DNA of 64,000 bases from Candidatus Eiseniibacteriota bacterium (GTDB lineage Bacteria; Eisenbacteria; RBG-16-71-46; CAZAMP01): the NCBI GenBank assembly GCA_965224245.1, contig OZ245046.1, forward strand, positions 4,224,001-4,288,000, in the 5' to 3' direction. The notes under the pieces were generated by a model. It was given only the letters and a program-made list of their open reading frames with translations, had not been told where the DNA came from and ran no database searches. A program made the translations under genes and the position numbers. This document shows, one piece after another, positions 19,650-28,964 of the stretch (positions are counted from its first letter, which is position 1; every line of letters begins with the position of its first letter).

Positions 19650-21140
19650 TCACCGCAGGATCTGAATCCGGAGCGCGCTCGCGGCACCGGTGACGTCGAC
19701 ATAGTAGACGCCCGGCGTCGTCGGTGCACCATGGGTCGTCACGCCGGTCCACACGAACGGGAAGCGGTCGACACGCTGCCGGAAGACCAGGCGCCCGGCC
19801 ACGTCGTAGATCGACACGAGTCGCCGGCCGGAGCCCGGGACGTCGAGCCGGATTGCGCCCCGGGTCGGATTTGGCCACGCCGACGGCACGGGGTGAGACC
19901 CGGTGACCGGCGCGATGCCGACGACCTGATTGAGCGCCCCGAGCGCGTTCACGCGGCCCGATCCGAGCTTGTCGACGTAGGCGCCGTTTCCGGGCAGATG
20001 GTAGATGGCATCGGCCCCGTCCACGACGGCGCTCTGGACCAGAGACGCGGTCCACGTCGGGTGGAGAGACTGGACCAGCGCCGCGATGCCCGACACGAAC
20101 GGGGTGGCGAACGAGCACCCGGCGCCGAGCGCCCACTGCCCACCGGGGTACGAGCTCCGGACCCCGGTGCCCGGCGCGGACACGTCGACCTCCTCGTGCC
20201 AGTCGGCGAAGTCGGCCTTCACGTCCACGGAATCGAGAGCGGTGACCATGATCGTGTCGCCGTCGGATCCCGGGTAGTACGGGGGGATCTCGGTGCTGGC
20301 GTTGCCGGCCGCGGCCACCATCAGCGCCCCCCGCATGTCTCCGTACTGGATCTCCCGCTCGATCGCGTCGACCTCGATCGGCACGCCGAAGCTCATGTTG
20401 AGGATGTCGGCGCCGGACTCGATCGCGTAGCGGATGCCTTCGATGACCCGGAACGCGTCGGCACGCCCCTCGTCGTCGAGAATGCGAACGGGCAGGATCG
20501 AGGCGTCCGGCGCGACCAGCGCGAGAATCCCGGCGACCATCGTGCCGTGGCCGTAGCCGTCGTCGACCTCGCCGTCGCCGTCGTCGTCCAGGTCGTTGAA
20601 CACCTCCCACGGCTCGGCATCGGCATCGACGAAGTCCCAGCCGGACACCAGGTGCCCCACGAGCGCCTCGTGTGTGGGATCCACTCCCGTGTCGAGCACC
20701 GCGATCGTCACCCCGGCGCCGGTCGAGATCGCGTGCGCGGCGTCGAGCGCGATCCGATCGGTCAGGAGCTGATCCTCGTAGTCGACGTATCCGCCACCGA
20801 CGATGATCGCAATCATCTGGCGCACGCCCTCGGGCGTGTCCTCGATGTAGTTCGGCTCGGCGTTCGCGACGTCGGGGTCGCCCGTCATCATCTCGGCAAA
20901 GTTCTCGAGCTCGTCGACACCGTCGATGAACACGAGGTACAGCCCGGCGGTCGCAAAGGAGTCGACCGTCTCGGTGCCCCAGCGCTGGTTCACGTCGTCG
21001 ATCGACGCGCCCTGCTCGAGCCAGAGGACGATCTCGCCGGACTCCCACGTCCCGGTCGCGGAGACACTCCCCGCCACCAGCGTCGCGCTCAGTCCGATCG
21101 CGAGAATCGTGAGAAGCGGGTGCGTGTGTCGGTCAATCAC
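19650..21140 (-). CDS. Secreted S8 subtilisin-like peptidase with a C-terminal FlgD-Ig/T9SS-like sorting domain
   Basis: Signal peptide; triad VLDTG / HGTMVAG / GCSFATP; oxyanion AAAGN; tail 'WPNPTRG...IYDVAGRLV...PGVYYV'. Confidence 0.9.
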   Translation of the reverse strand: MIDRHTHPLLTILAIGLSATLVAGSVSATGTWESGEIVLWLEQGASIDDVNQRWGTETVDSFATAGLYLVFIDGVDELENFAEMMTGDPDVANAEPNYIEDTPEGVRQMIAIIVGGGYVDYEDQLLTDRIALDAAHAISTGAGVTIAVLDTGVDPTHEALVGHLVSGWDFVDADAEPWEVFNDLDDDGDGEVDDGYGHGTMVAGILALVAPDASILPVRILDDEGRADAFRVIEGIRYAIESGADILNMSFGVPIEVDAIEREIQYGDMRGALMVAAAGNASTEIPPYYPGSDGDTIMVTALDSVDVKADFADWHEEVDVSAPGTGVRSSYPGGQWALGAGCSFATPFVSGIAALVQSLHPTWTASLVQSAVVDGADAIYHLPGNGAYVDKLGSGRVNALGALNQVVGIAPVTGSHPVPSAWPNPTRGAIRLDVPGSGRRLVSIYDVAGRLVFRQRVDRFPFVWTGVTTHGAPTTPGVYYVDVTGAASALRIQILR

Positions 21141-21186
21141 GGTCGTCTCCTGGATCTCGGCCCTCGGGAATGATACTGCAGGTCGT

Positions 21187-22971
21187 TCATCGGCGTACCC
21201 ACCGCACCCCGGTGTGGTGCTCCCCCGCGTGCACGTCCACGTAGACGGGCGATCCCACCGCGAAACGGTCGAGGTCGGCCCCGTCGAGTCGCCAGGCCCA
21301 GCCGTCGCCCGAGCGTCGCGGGCGCCCCAGCCGCATGACGAGCCGCCCCGTGACGTCGTACAGCGCGGCGCTGGGCGCGCCCTCGCCGGAAGCGGTCGTC
21401 GCGAGTCGGATGATCAGATGATCGCGAGCGGGATTCGGACTCACCGAAACAGCCAGCCGGGGGCCGGTTGCCGGCACGGACTCGGAGGTCGGAATCGGTC
21501 CCAGCATCTCCAGCCGTCCGTCCGTTCGGCGCGCCATCAGACGATAGCGGTCGCCCGATCGGTGTTCGGACGCGGTGAAGCGAAACGTGGCGCCGCTCGC
21601 GGACATGTCCACGGTGAGCCCGTCGATGGACGAGCCGGAGTGGAACCACCCTCCGGCCAGCTCGGTCTCGGTCAGGCCGCGCACGCGATGGAGCGAGAAC
21701 GCGGCGAACCGGGCGAGGTCGTCGACGGTCCACGTGAGCACCGCGCTCGTGCCGAACCCCTGCGCGTCGAACCCGGACACACCGAGGATCGGGGTGTTGC
21801 GGACGAGATCCACGTCGAACGTGAGCGGACCGTCGACGTGGAGGTCCTCGACCACGCCCTCGGCCAGTCCGCGAAAGGCCGGCGCACGGACGTGGAGGTC
21901 GTAGTCGCCCGGCGGTGCGACCAGGAGAAAGTCGCCGGCGGCGTTCGAGCGCCCCCCGGCCAGCGGGACCTCGGCGCCGCCGGGCTCGCGAAGCTCGAAC
22001 CCGACGTCGGCGACGCCCTCGCCGAGGTCGTCGCGGACCGTGCCGCTCATCGGCCACCCGGTCGACAGCACCACGTCCGGAGCCGATACGTCTCCCGAGA
22101 CGGACACGGTCACCTCGCCCGCGGCGAGCCCCAGGTGCTCGCGGGGCCGGGCCACCAGACGGTAGGTCCCGTTCGGCAGCGCGATCGCGTAGCCCCCGCC
22201 CGCGTCCGTTCGATCTGAGCCCAGCGGAAGCTCGACGCCGTCGACATCGAACGCGTCGAGGTTGGCGCGACCGACTCCGACGCCGCCCGCGGTCACCCGT
22301 CCGGTGACCAGCGACCCGGTCTCGAGCTCGATGACGCCGGTCGACGTGGCGCTCGCTCCGACCGAGACGTCGACCCGTCTCGCGAGGAGCCGTCCGGCGG
22401 ACGGCGGCTCCACCGTGACCCGGAGCTCGACGTTCGACGGGACGACGACGCTGAATGCGCCGCTCGCGTCGGTCTCGTCGTCGGGGCTGTGGATCTTCTC
22501 GTCGGTGTCCGTGCGCCGGAGGCTCAGGTCGGCCCCGTCCACCGGCGTGCTCGTCGGACCCACGACGGTTCCGGTCAGCCGGACACCCACCTCCATCTCG
22601 ACGCGGAAGTCGGCGATGAAGCCCACGAGCGGCCAGTTGACGAACTCGCGCGAGACGAGCGGCTCGCCCGAGACGGCCTCGAACCTGATCCGGTAGCGCC
22701 CGTCGGGCACGATGAAGTCGTAGCTGCCGTCGGTGTCGGTGTCGTCGTCGACGAGATCCAGCGACACGCCATCCGCGTCGATCACGTCGATGTCGATCCC
22801 CGGGATGCCGACCCCGTTGGTCGTGGTGACGCGACCGCTGACGTTGGCGGCGGCGGCGATCGTGGCCGATGTGACGGTGATCGTCGCGAACAGGGCTGCC
22901 CAGCGCACACCGCGCGCGGCCCGGGTGAGGGCCGCGCGGGTGCGGGGGAGGGTGTGCGTCGAGTTCTTCAT
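21187..22971 (-). CDS. Secreted protein with four carboxypeptidase-regulatory-like (prealbumin-fold) repeats and a C-terminal sorting-like domain
   Basis: Repeats 'VSGRV...G...D.DV.D......D.TD..G.Y....P.G.Y'; tail 'SPNPARD...LYDVTGRLV'. Confidence 0.75.
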   Translation of the reverse strand: MKNSTHTLPRTRAALTRAARGVRWAALFATITVTSATIAAAANVSGRVTTTNGVGIPGIDIDVIDADGVSLDLVDDDTDTDGSYDFIVPDGRYRIRFEAVSGEPLVSREFVNWPLVGFIADFRVEMEVGVRLTGTVVGPTSTPVDGADLSLRRTDTDEKIHSPDDETDASGAFSVVVPSNVELRVTVEPPSAGRLLARRVDVSVGASATSTGVIELETGSLVTGRVTAGGVGVGRANLDAFDVDGVELPLGSDRTDAGGGYAIALPNGTYRLVARPREHLGLAAGEVTVSVSGDVSAPDVVLSTGWPMSGTVRDDLGEGVADVGFELREPGGAEVPLAGGRSNAAGDFLLVAPPGDYDLHVRAPAFRGLAEGVVEDLHVDGPLTFDVDLVRNTPILGVSGFDAQGFGTSAVLTWTVDDLARFAAFSLHRVRGLTETELAGGWFHSGSSIDGLTVDMSASGATFRFTASEHRSGDRYRLMARRTDGRLEMLGPIPTSESVPATGPRLAVSVSPNPARDHLIIRLATTASGEGAPSAALYDVTGRLVMRLGRPRRSGDGWAWRLDGADLDRFAVGSPVYVDVHAGEHHTGVRWVRR

Positions 22972-22988
22972 GCGGGCTCGATCCGTTC

Positions 22989-24689
22989 TCAGTTCACCTT
23001 GACCGCCCGGACGGACGCGCCGGAGTCACGATCCCTGACGAGGTACACGCCGGGGCTCACCCGGACGCCGCGCACGTCCAGACCGTCCCAGGTCAGGATC
23101 GATCCGGCGCCGGCCGGGAGCGATCGGACGAGACGTCCGCGGGCGTCGAAGACGTCGAGCGTACCGGCGGAGACGCCGTCCATCGTCACCACGAGGGCGC
23201 GGTGGAACGGATTCGGCGCGGCCGACAGCACACCGCCGGCCAGCCCCGGAACGTCACCGACGGCGACCGCCCGATCGAGCGCGAAGTTCAGCGTCGTGTC
23301 GCCGGTGATCGAGACCCCCAGCTCGGTGGCCGAGTCGAACCCGGAGCCCGCCGGTGGATTCGCCGAGACGTCGTAGACGCCGCCGGGGACGCGCACGCGA
23401 TAGAAGCCGGACACTGACGTATCGTCGTCCGGCGTCGGGTAGTGCTTGCCGGCCACCGCGTCGACGAAATCCATGTCCACGTCCGCGAGGGGGCTTCCGT
23501 CACCCGTGACGGTGCCCGACACCACGAACCCCGCCGAGAGCGTGATGTCCCCGAGCGAACGCGACGTCGAGACCACCTCGTCCCACCGGACCGCGGCGGC
23601 CAGCTCGGCTCCGGCCGGCGGGTTGAGGTTGAAGTCGTAGATCCCGCTGGGGATCACGACCGAGAACGTCCCCGACGCGGTCGTGTTGTCGTTGGGCGTG
23701 TATCGCTCGAGCCCGGTGGCGGTGTCGATCACGTCGACGTCGGCGTCCACGAGCGGGAGACCACCGGGGCCCAGGAGTCGACCGGTGACGGTGAGCGCCG
23801 CCCTGAGCACGGTCTCGCCGATGTCGGTGGAGCCGCCGATCGCGACGTCCGGGACGCGCTCGGGTGCGAACGGGCTTGCGGGGGCCGGCTTGAAACGGAA
23901 CTCGTACACGCCGGCCGGGAGGAACACCGACCAGTCCCCGAAGAAATCGCTGTCGTCGCCGGAGAGAAAGCGCTCGACGCCGTCCTCGTCGAGCACGTCC
24001 ACGTCGACGTTGAACACCCCCGCGCCGACCTCGTCCACGACGCGCCCGGTCACCGTGAGGCCGGGGCGCAGGACGAAGGTCTCGAACCCGGGAACGCTCG
24101 TGTCGTAGCTCTCGCGCCACTCCGGGGCGCGAGCGCCGGTGTCGTCGGTCACGATCACGTCGTGGATGCCGACGGGCACCATCACCGCCAGATCCCCGAG
24201 CTCGTCCGGGTCGTCGTCGCGCAGGAAGACGTCGTCGCCGGTGCTGGTGTCGATCAGACGCAAGGTACATGCCACATACGGAGCGCCGCCCTCGTCCTGG
24301 ACGTGAATGGTCAAGAGCGTCCCATCGGGCAGGATCGTCGGCGGGAGCGTGGTGTCCGTCTCCAGATCCACGCTCTCCAGGAACACCGGGGCGTACGAGC
24401 CCCCGGGGGGCCCGAGAACGGTGATGTCGTACCGCCCGGCCGGGATGATCACCTGGAAATAGCCGGTCGCGTCGGTGTGGTCGCCCGTGGGGTCCACCTC
24501 GGAGTCCGTATCCTGGTTAAACCAGTCCAGATCGGCATTTACGATGGGGGCCCCGCCCGTGGTCCGGACGAACCCGTCCACGATCACCGCGTTCGATTCC
24601 GCCGCGAGAGCCACCGCCAGGATGGCGCCGGCAATCCATGCCCGGCGACCCGCGGTCGGGGGGCGCCGCCGATCGGTCCGTTCCGTCAT
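22989..24689 (-). CDS. Secreted protein with five carboxypeptidase-regulatory-like repeats and an FlgD-Ig tail; paralog of the neighbouring gene
   Basis: Signal peptide, five ~85-aa repeats, tail 'APNPF...VFDARGRLVR...WDGLD..G..VSPGVYLVR'. Confidence 0.8.
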   Translation of the reverse strand: MTERTDRRRPPTAGRRAWIAGAILAVALAAESNAVIVDGFVRTTGGAPIVNADLDWFNQDTDSEVDPTGDHTDATGYFQVIIPAGRYDITVLGPPGGSYAPVFLESVDLETDTTLPPTILPDGTLLTIHVQDEGGAPYVACTLRLIDTSTGDDVFLRDDDPDELGDLAVMVPVGIHDVIVTDDTGARAPEWRESYDTSVPGFETFVLRPGLTVTGRVVDEVGAGVFNVDVDVLDEDGVERFLSGDDSDFFGDWSVFLPAGVYEFRFKPAPASPFAPERVPDVAIGGSTDIGETVLRAALTVTGRLLGPGGLPLVDADVDVIDTATGLERYTPNDNTTASGTFSVVIPSGIYDFNLNPPAGAELAAAVRWDEVVSTSRSLGDITLSAGFVVSGTVTGDGSPLADVDMDFVDAVAGKHYPTPDDDTSVSGFYRVRVPGGVYDVSANPPAGSGFDSATELGVSITGDTTLNFALDRAVAVGDVPGLAGGVLSAAPNPFHRALVVTMDGVSAGTLDVFDARGRLVRSLPAGAGSILTWDGLDVRGVRVSPGVYLVRDRDSGASVRAVKVN

Positions 24690-24736
24690 TCCTCTTTCTC
24701 CTACAGCCGGGTTTCAGCCACGTGTGTCGCGTAGGT

Positions 24737-24765
24737 AGGGGTGCTCGGCGGGGGGCGCTTGATAC
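24737..24765 (-). promoter_or_regulatory. Putative ECF promoter GTATCA-N17-ACCCCT driving the surface-protein/S8 operon
   Basis: Same spaced motif as three other intergenic sites in the module. Confidence 0.65.
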
Positions 24766-24806
24766 GGCGCCGGGCCAGAATCTCGCGAGGAAATCACGGT
24801 AGGGGC

Positions 24807-24835
24807 GTATCAACCCCCCCACGGATCCAACCCGT
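24807..24835 (+). promoter_or_regulatory. Putative ECF promoter GTATCA-N17-ACCCGT driving the GT/kinase/porin/ABC operon
   Basis: Same spaced motif; back-to-back with the 24737-24765 site. Confidence 0.65.
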
Positions 24836-24875
24836 TCTCCGCACGATGGGGCTCGGTGACGCAAGGGAGAGTCCG

Positions 24876-26030
24876 TTGGGTCGGCGGTACGTGATCTACT
24901 CACACGATGGCTTCGGGATGGGCAACATCCGGCGCAACCACGCGGTGGCGAAGCGGATCGTCGAGCGAGACGCCGACGCCAGCGTGCTGTGCCTGACCAG
25001 CTCCCGCTATCTCCATTTCCTGCCGCGACATCCCCGGATCGAGCTCGTGAAGCTCCCCGAGGTGCTGCGGGTGGGCCGCGGCGAGTACCGCTCTCGGACC
25101 GAGGGAGTGGCCATCCGTCCCCTGCTGGCCGCCCGGCGCGAGATCATCCGGGGAGCGATCAAGGGGTTCGATCCCGACGTGCTCCTGGTGGACAAGACGC
25201 CCGACGGCATCGCCGGCGAGCTCCGACCGCTCCTCGCGGGGCTGGATCGGGATCGCACGCGCGTCGCCCTGATTCTGCGTGACGTCCTGGACGAGCCGCG
25301 GTGGACCCGCGAGTTCTGGGCGCGCACGGGCCAGTACGACTGTCTCACCGAGTCCTACGACGCGGTCACCATTCTCGGAGATGACGCGCTCTTCGACACC
25401 GCCACCGCGTGCGGGCTCGATCGCGTGCCCGGCGTCGACGTCGCATACTGTGGGTACCTCGTCCGCGAGGCCCCCCACGACGACCCGGAAGCCCCCGAGC
25501 CCCTCGGCGACCGGTTTCTGATCTCGGTGGGTGGCGGCGAGGACGGCCTGGAGGTGATGCAAGCCTCCATCCAGGCCCTCTCCTCCATGGCGGCCGGCGA
25601 GCGTCCTGCGATCGACGTCGTGTTCGGGCCGTTCTTTCCGGCCGACGACCGCGATCGGTTGACGGCGACGTTCCAGCGACTGACCGATGCGCGGTGCACG
25701 AGCTTCGAGCGTCATCTCCGCGAGCGCATTCGCACGAGCCGCGGTGTGATCAGCATGGCCGGCTACAACACGGTGTGCGAGATCCTCGAATCGAGCGCCC
25801 CGGCCCTCGTCGTTCCCCGGCGCCACCCCAGCCGCGAGCAGGTCATCCGGGCCTCACGGATGACCGAGGTCGGCATCGTCGACTCGCCGGAGACCGCCGA
25901 GGCCACGCCGGAGCGCATTCGCGACTTCTTCACGTCGCCGAGACCACAGGACCGGAGCCGCTTTCGCCGCGGCGGCCACGACGGGATCGCCGGCCGAGCC
26001 GAGTCCCTCGCGACGCTGGCGCGGTGCTGA
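24876..26030 (+). CDS. GT-B glycosyltransferase (COG4671/GT28-like)
   Basis: 'YSHDGFGMGNIRR', 'PDVLLVDKTP.G', 'SVGGGEDG', 'SMAGYNTVCE', 'VPR....EQ..RA'. TTG start after AAGGGAG; alternative ATG at 24846. Confidence 0.85.
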   Translation: MGRRYVIYSHDGFGMGNIRRNHAVAKRIVERDADASVLCLTSSRYLHFLPRHPRIELVKLPEVLRVGRGEYRSRTEGVAIRPLLAARREIIRGAIKGFDPDVLLVDKTPDGIAGELRPLLAGLDRDRTRVALILRDVLDEPRWTREFWARTGQYDCLTESYDAVTILGDDALFDTATACGLDRVPGVDVAYCGYLVREAPHDDPEAPEPLGDRFLISVGGGEDGLEVMQASIQALSSMAAGERPAIDVVFGPFFPADDRDRLTATFQRLTDARCTSFERHLRERIRTSRGVISMAGYNTVCEILESSAPALVVPRRHPSREQVIRASRMTEVGIVDSPETAEATPERIRDFFTSPRPQDRSRFRRGGHDGIAGRAESLATLARC

Positions 26031-26033
26031 GCG

Positions 26034-28964
26034 ATGCGCGCGATCGACGGCGAGCCGACCGTGAGCGCCGATCTCCGATCCGGCGTCACCGCGCTGATGT
26101 CGGCGGTTCCCTCCGGTGCCCGGATTCTCCGGTTGGACGTCTCCTCGCGTGATCGTCTCAGCGCGCTATACGCCGACGAGGGCGGTGAGCTGGCCGGCGC
26201 GGCGCTCGCACGCGACTCCGGCCGCGTTCGCCTGTTCACGCCGGAAAACGATCCGAGGCTCTTTCCAGCTCCCGGCACGCTGGCGGACATCCTCGCCCGG
26301 GCCTGCGAGGCGGCCGCCGCCCCGGCGGACCAACCGATCGCGCGCGCGGTGGCCTACCGGCCCGGCAAGCGGCTCGTTCTCTCGCTCTCGACCGGCGACG
26401 ACCTCCTCGCGTTCGTGAAGATCCGTCGCGGCCCCGTGCTCACCGACCGCCTGGAGGCGGCATCGCGCAGCGGACTCTGGCCCACGCTTCTCGCGTCGTT
26501 CGGACACGACGCCCTGGCGGTCGAGGTCCGGCGGCCGGTGCCCGGCCGAGCGCTGACCGCCGACGTCACGCGTGGCGACCGCCGAGAACCGGTCACCGGT
26601 CCGCTGGCCGCGTCGCTGGCCGGGTTCGCCACGACCTCCCTCACCGGCCTCTCGATCCCCGAGAGGACCGGCGATCACGCCGCCGCCGAGACCCAACGCA
26701 TGCTGGACAAGGCGGTCCGTCTCGGCATGCTCGCCGACGGCGCCCTCGCCGAGGCGGTCGCGGATGCCGGTGCCCAGCTGACGACGGACGGTTCCGCCGA
26801 GCTGGTCGCCTCACACGGAGATCTTCACGACGGCCAGATCCACCTCGACTCCGCGGCCGTCTCGTGGATCGACGCCGACAGCATCGTGCGAGCGCCCGTC
26901 GAGGCCGACCTGGCGAACCTCGGAGCTCACATTCACCTGCGACGCGTCCAGTCGACGTGGTCGACGCCGTCTCCGTCGGGTCGGGCGGCCGGCCCCGTGA
27001 CCGCCGATCTGGCCTGGGAGCACGCGCTCCGCGACAGCATGCTGCGGTCGCTTCCGCCGCGGCTCGCCGCGTCCTTCTCGACCCGGCGATGGCACGCCTG
27101 GCGACGGCTGACGTTCGCCCGTCTCGCGGCCGTGTACGCGATGCGCCCGGTGTGGCGACCGATCACCGGTGCGCTGAGTGCGCTCGCGTCGGCGCCGCTC
27201 GCGCTCGTTCTCGTCCTCCTGGCGGCGCTCGGAGCGGCGGCCCCCGACGCGCCCGCCGCGTCGCCTCAGCCCCTGGCGCCTCACCATCTCCGGGACGGCG
27301 TCTGGGTCGAGGTGCAGGGCGAGTACCGCCCGGGCAAACGGTTCAAGGTCGAGGAGCTCGATCTGAAGCTCCCGCGCGGCGACGACCGGGTCGAGATCAG
27401 CGGAATCGTGACGGCGATCGACCCCGCGAGCGGCCGGGTGACCGTCATCGGCGTGCCGATCGAGACCGATGCGGAGACCACGCTGGACGGACTGGGCGGC
27501 CTCGAGACCCTCGCGATCGGCACGCTGATCAAGACCTCCGCGCTCCGCCGCTCGGGAGACGGCTTCCGCGCCGGGCACCTCGCCTCGCGCGACCCCGACG
27601 ACGGATGCGAGATCGAGGGCTACCTGACCGACCTGGAGGGCCGCGGCGGTCGCTGGACGTTCGAGGTCAACGGCATCCGCATGCGCCTGTCGTCGGACCC
27701 CGAGATCACGATCGAGCCCGAGGCGCTTCCGTACCTGGCCGCGGTGACCGAGAACGACCGGTCGCGACGCCGCTCCGACGACGACTGGCAGCCGGTCGGC
27801 CAGACGTTTCTCCATCCGTCGCTCTCGATCGGGGGGCGGATCTCCGGTCGTCTGACGTCGGAGAACGAACGCGACCTGAACGTCGACGTCGAGGACGAGC
27901 TCGTCGAGTCGAACCTCCATGCCCGCACGCACGTGCGATGGACGCCCAACCCCTGGTTCAGCGCCTATGCCGAGGTTCGCTGGACGGGTAGTCGCGGCCT
28001 GGACAACCCGTCGTCGATCCCCGACGTGGACCGGTCCGAGTACCAGTCGGGGCCCACGAACGTCCTGGTCCGTACGCGACGCTGGCCGCTCTCGGCCCGG
28101 CTGGGACGGATCGACGTGGAGGACGAGCGCGAGTGGTTCCACGACCAGAACCTCGACGGCATCCGTGTGCGCTGGACCGGCCGCGTGCTCGGCCTGGACG
28201 TCGGCCGCTATCGCACCGACATCACGCCGACCGACCGGAGCGACGACGAGCTCTACTCGATCGCCTCCATCGAGCTGTCGATGACCGACGTCGTACGTCC
28301 GAGCATCCACGTGATCACGCGACGCGATCGGCGCGCACCGGGAGACGAGCGCACGTGGACCGGGATCAGCGCTCCTCTGAGTCTCGGCGATCACGTCGAG
28401 GCGTGGGGGCACGGCGCGGTGGCGCGAGGGGATTACCGCGGCAAGAGCGTTCGCTCGTGGGCATCGGACGGCACGTTGCTGCTCCGGGTCAAACGCCCGC
28501 TTCGGGTGTCCATCTACGGCGGCTACGCGTTCGCCACCGGCGATGCGGACCGGGGCGACGGGATCGATCGCGAGTACCGTGACACGGATCTCGCCGACTA
28601 CTCCGACGCGATGGACGGGCTCAAGAGCTTCCGGTACTACGGCGAGTTCTCAGAGCCCGAGCTGTCGAACGTGCGCATCTGGACCGCCGGGGCCGGTACC
28701 TACCTGTTCTCGTGGCTCTCGCTGGACGCGGTGCTTCACGGGTACCGGCAAGACGAGTTCCGGGACCGATTCCGATCCGAGATCCCGATCCGCCCCACGG
28801 GCGACGACAAGGAGCTCGGCCGCGAGGTCAACGTCATCGCCGGCATCCGTGACGTCGGTCCGATCGACGTCAAGATGGTCTGGAGCTCGTTCGATCCAGG
28901 TCGGGCGTTCGAGACCCGCGACCGTTCGTCGGCCTTCGAGGTCCAGATCGAATGGCGGCGCTGA
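26034..28964 (+). CDS. Fusion of an APH/phosphotransferase-like domain, internal signal-like helix, DUF5666-like beta repeats and an alginate-export (AlgE-like) outer-membrane beta-barrel
   Basis: 'YRPGKR', 'HGDLHDGQ', 'DLANL'; hydrophobic 'APLALVLVLLAALGAAA'; 'VEISGIVTAID', 'EIEGYLTD'; barrel segments 'EREW..DQNLDGIR', 'YAFATGD', 'FRYYGE..EPELSN', C-terminal 'VQIEWRR'. Confidence 0.75.
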   Translation: MRAIDGEPTVSADLRSGVTALMSAVPSGARILRLDVSSRDRLSALYADEGGELAGAALARDSGRVRLFTPENDPRLFPAPGTLADILARACEAAAAPADQPIARAVAYRPGKRLVLSLSTGDDLLAFVKIRRGPVLTDRLEAASRSGLWPTLLASFGHDALAVEVRRPVPGRALTADVTRGDRREPVTGPLAASLAGFATTSLTGLSIPERTGDHAAAETQRMLDKAVRLGMLADGALAEAVADAGAQLTTDGSAELVASHGDLHDGQIHLDSAAVSWIDADSIVRAPVEADLANLGAHIHLRRVQSTWSTPSPSGRAAGPVTADLAWEHALRDSMLRSLPPRLAASFSTRRWHAWRRLTFARLAAVYAMRPVWRPITGALSALASAPLALVLVLLAALGAAAPDAPAASPQPLAPHHLRDGVWVEVQGEYRPGKRFKVEELDLKLPRGDDRVEISGIVTAIDPASGRVTVIGVPIETDAETTLDGLGGLETLAIGTLIKTSALRRSGDGFRAGHLASRDPDDGCEIEGYLTDLEGRGGRWTFEVNGIRMRLSSDPEITIEPEALPYLAAVTENDRSRRRSDDDWQPVGQTFLHPSLSIGGRISGRLTSENERDLNVDVEDELVESNLHARTHVRWTPNPWFSAYAEVRWTGSRGLDNPSSIPDVDRSEYQSGPTNVLVRTRRWPLSARLGRIDVEDEREWFHDQNLDGIRVRWTGRVLGLDVGRYRTDITPTDRSDDELYSIASIELSMTDVVRPSIHVITRRDRRAPGDERTWTGISAPLSLGDHVEAWGHGAVARGDYRGKSVRSWASDGTLLLRVKRPLRVSIYGGYAFATGDADRGDGIDREYRDTDLADYSDAMDGLKSFRYYGEFSEPELSNVRIWTAGAGTYLFSWLSLDAVLHGYRQDEFRDRFRSEIPIRPTGDDKELGREVNVIAGIRDVGPIDVKMVWSSFDPGRAFETRDRSSAFEVQIEWRR

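Noticed and set aside
21141-21176. Fifth GTATCA (minus strand) upstream of the S8 gene
   Set aside because: It lacks the AC-N3-T element and the SD occupies that position; more likely a TATCAT -10 or chance.
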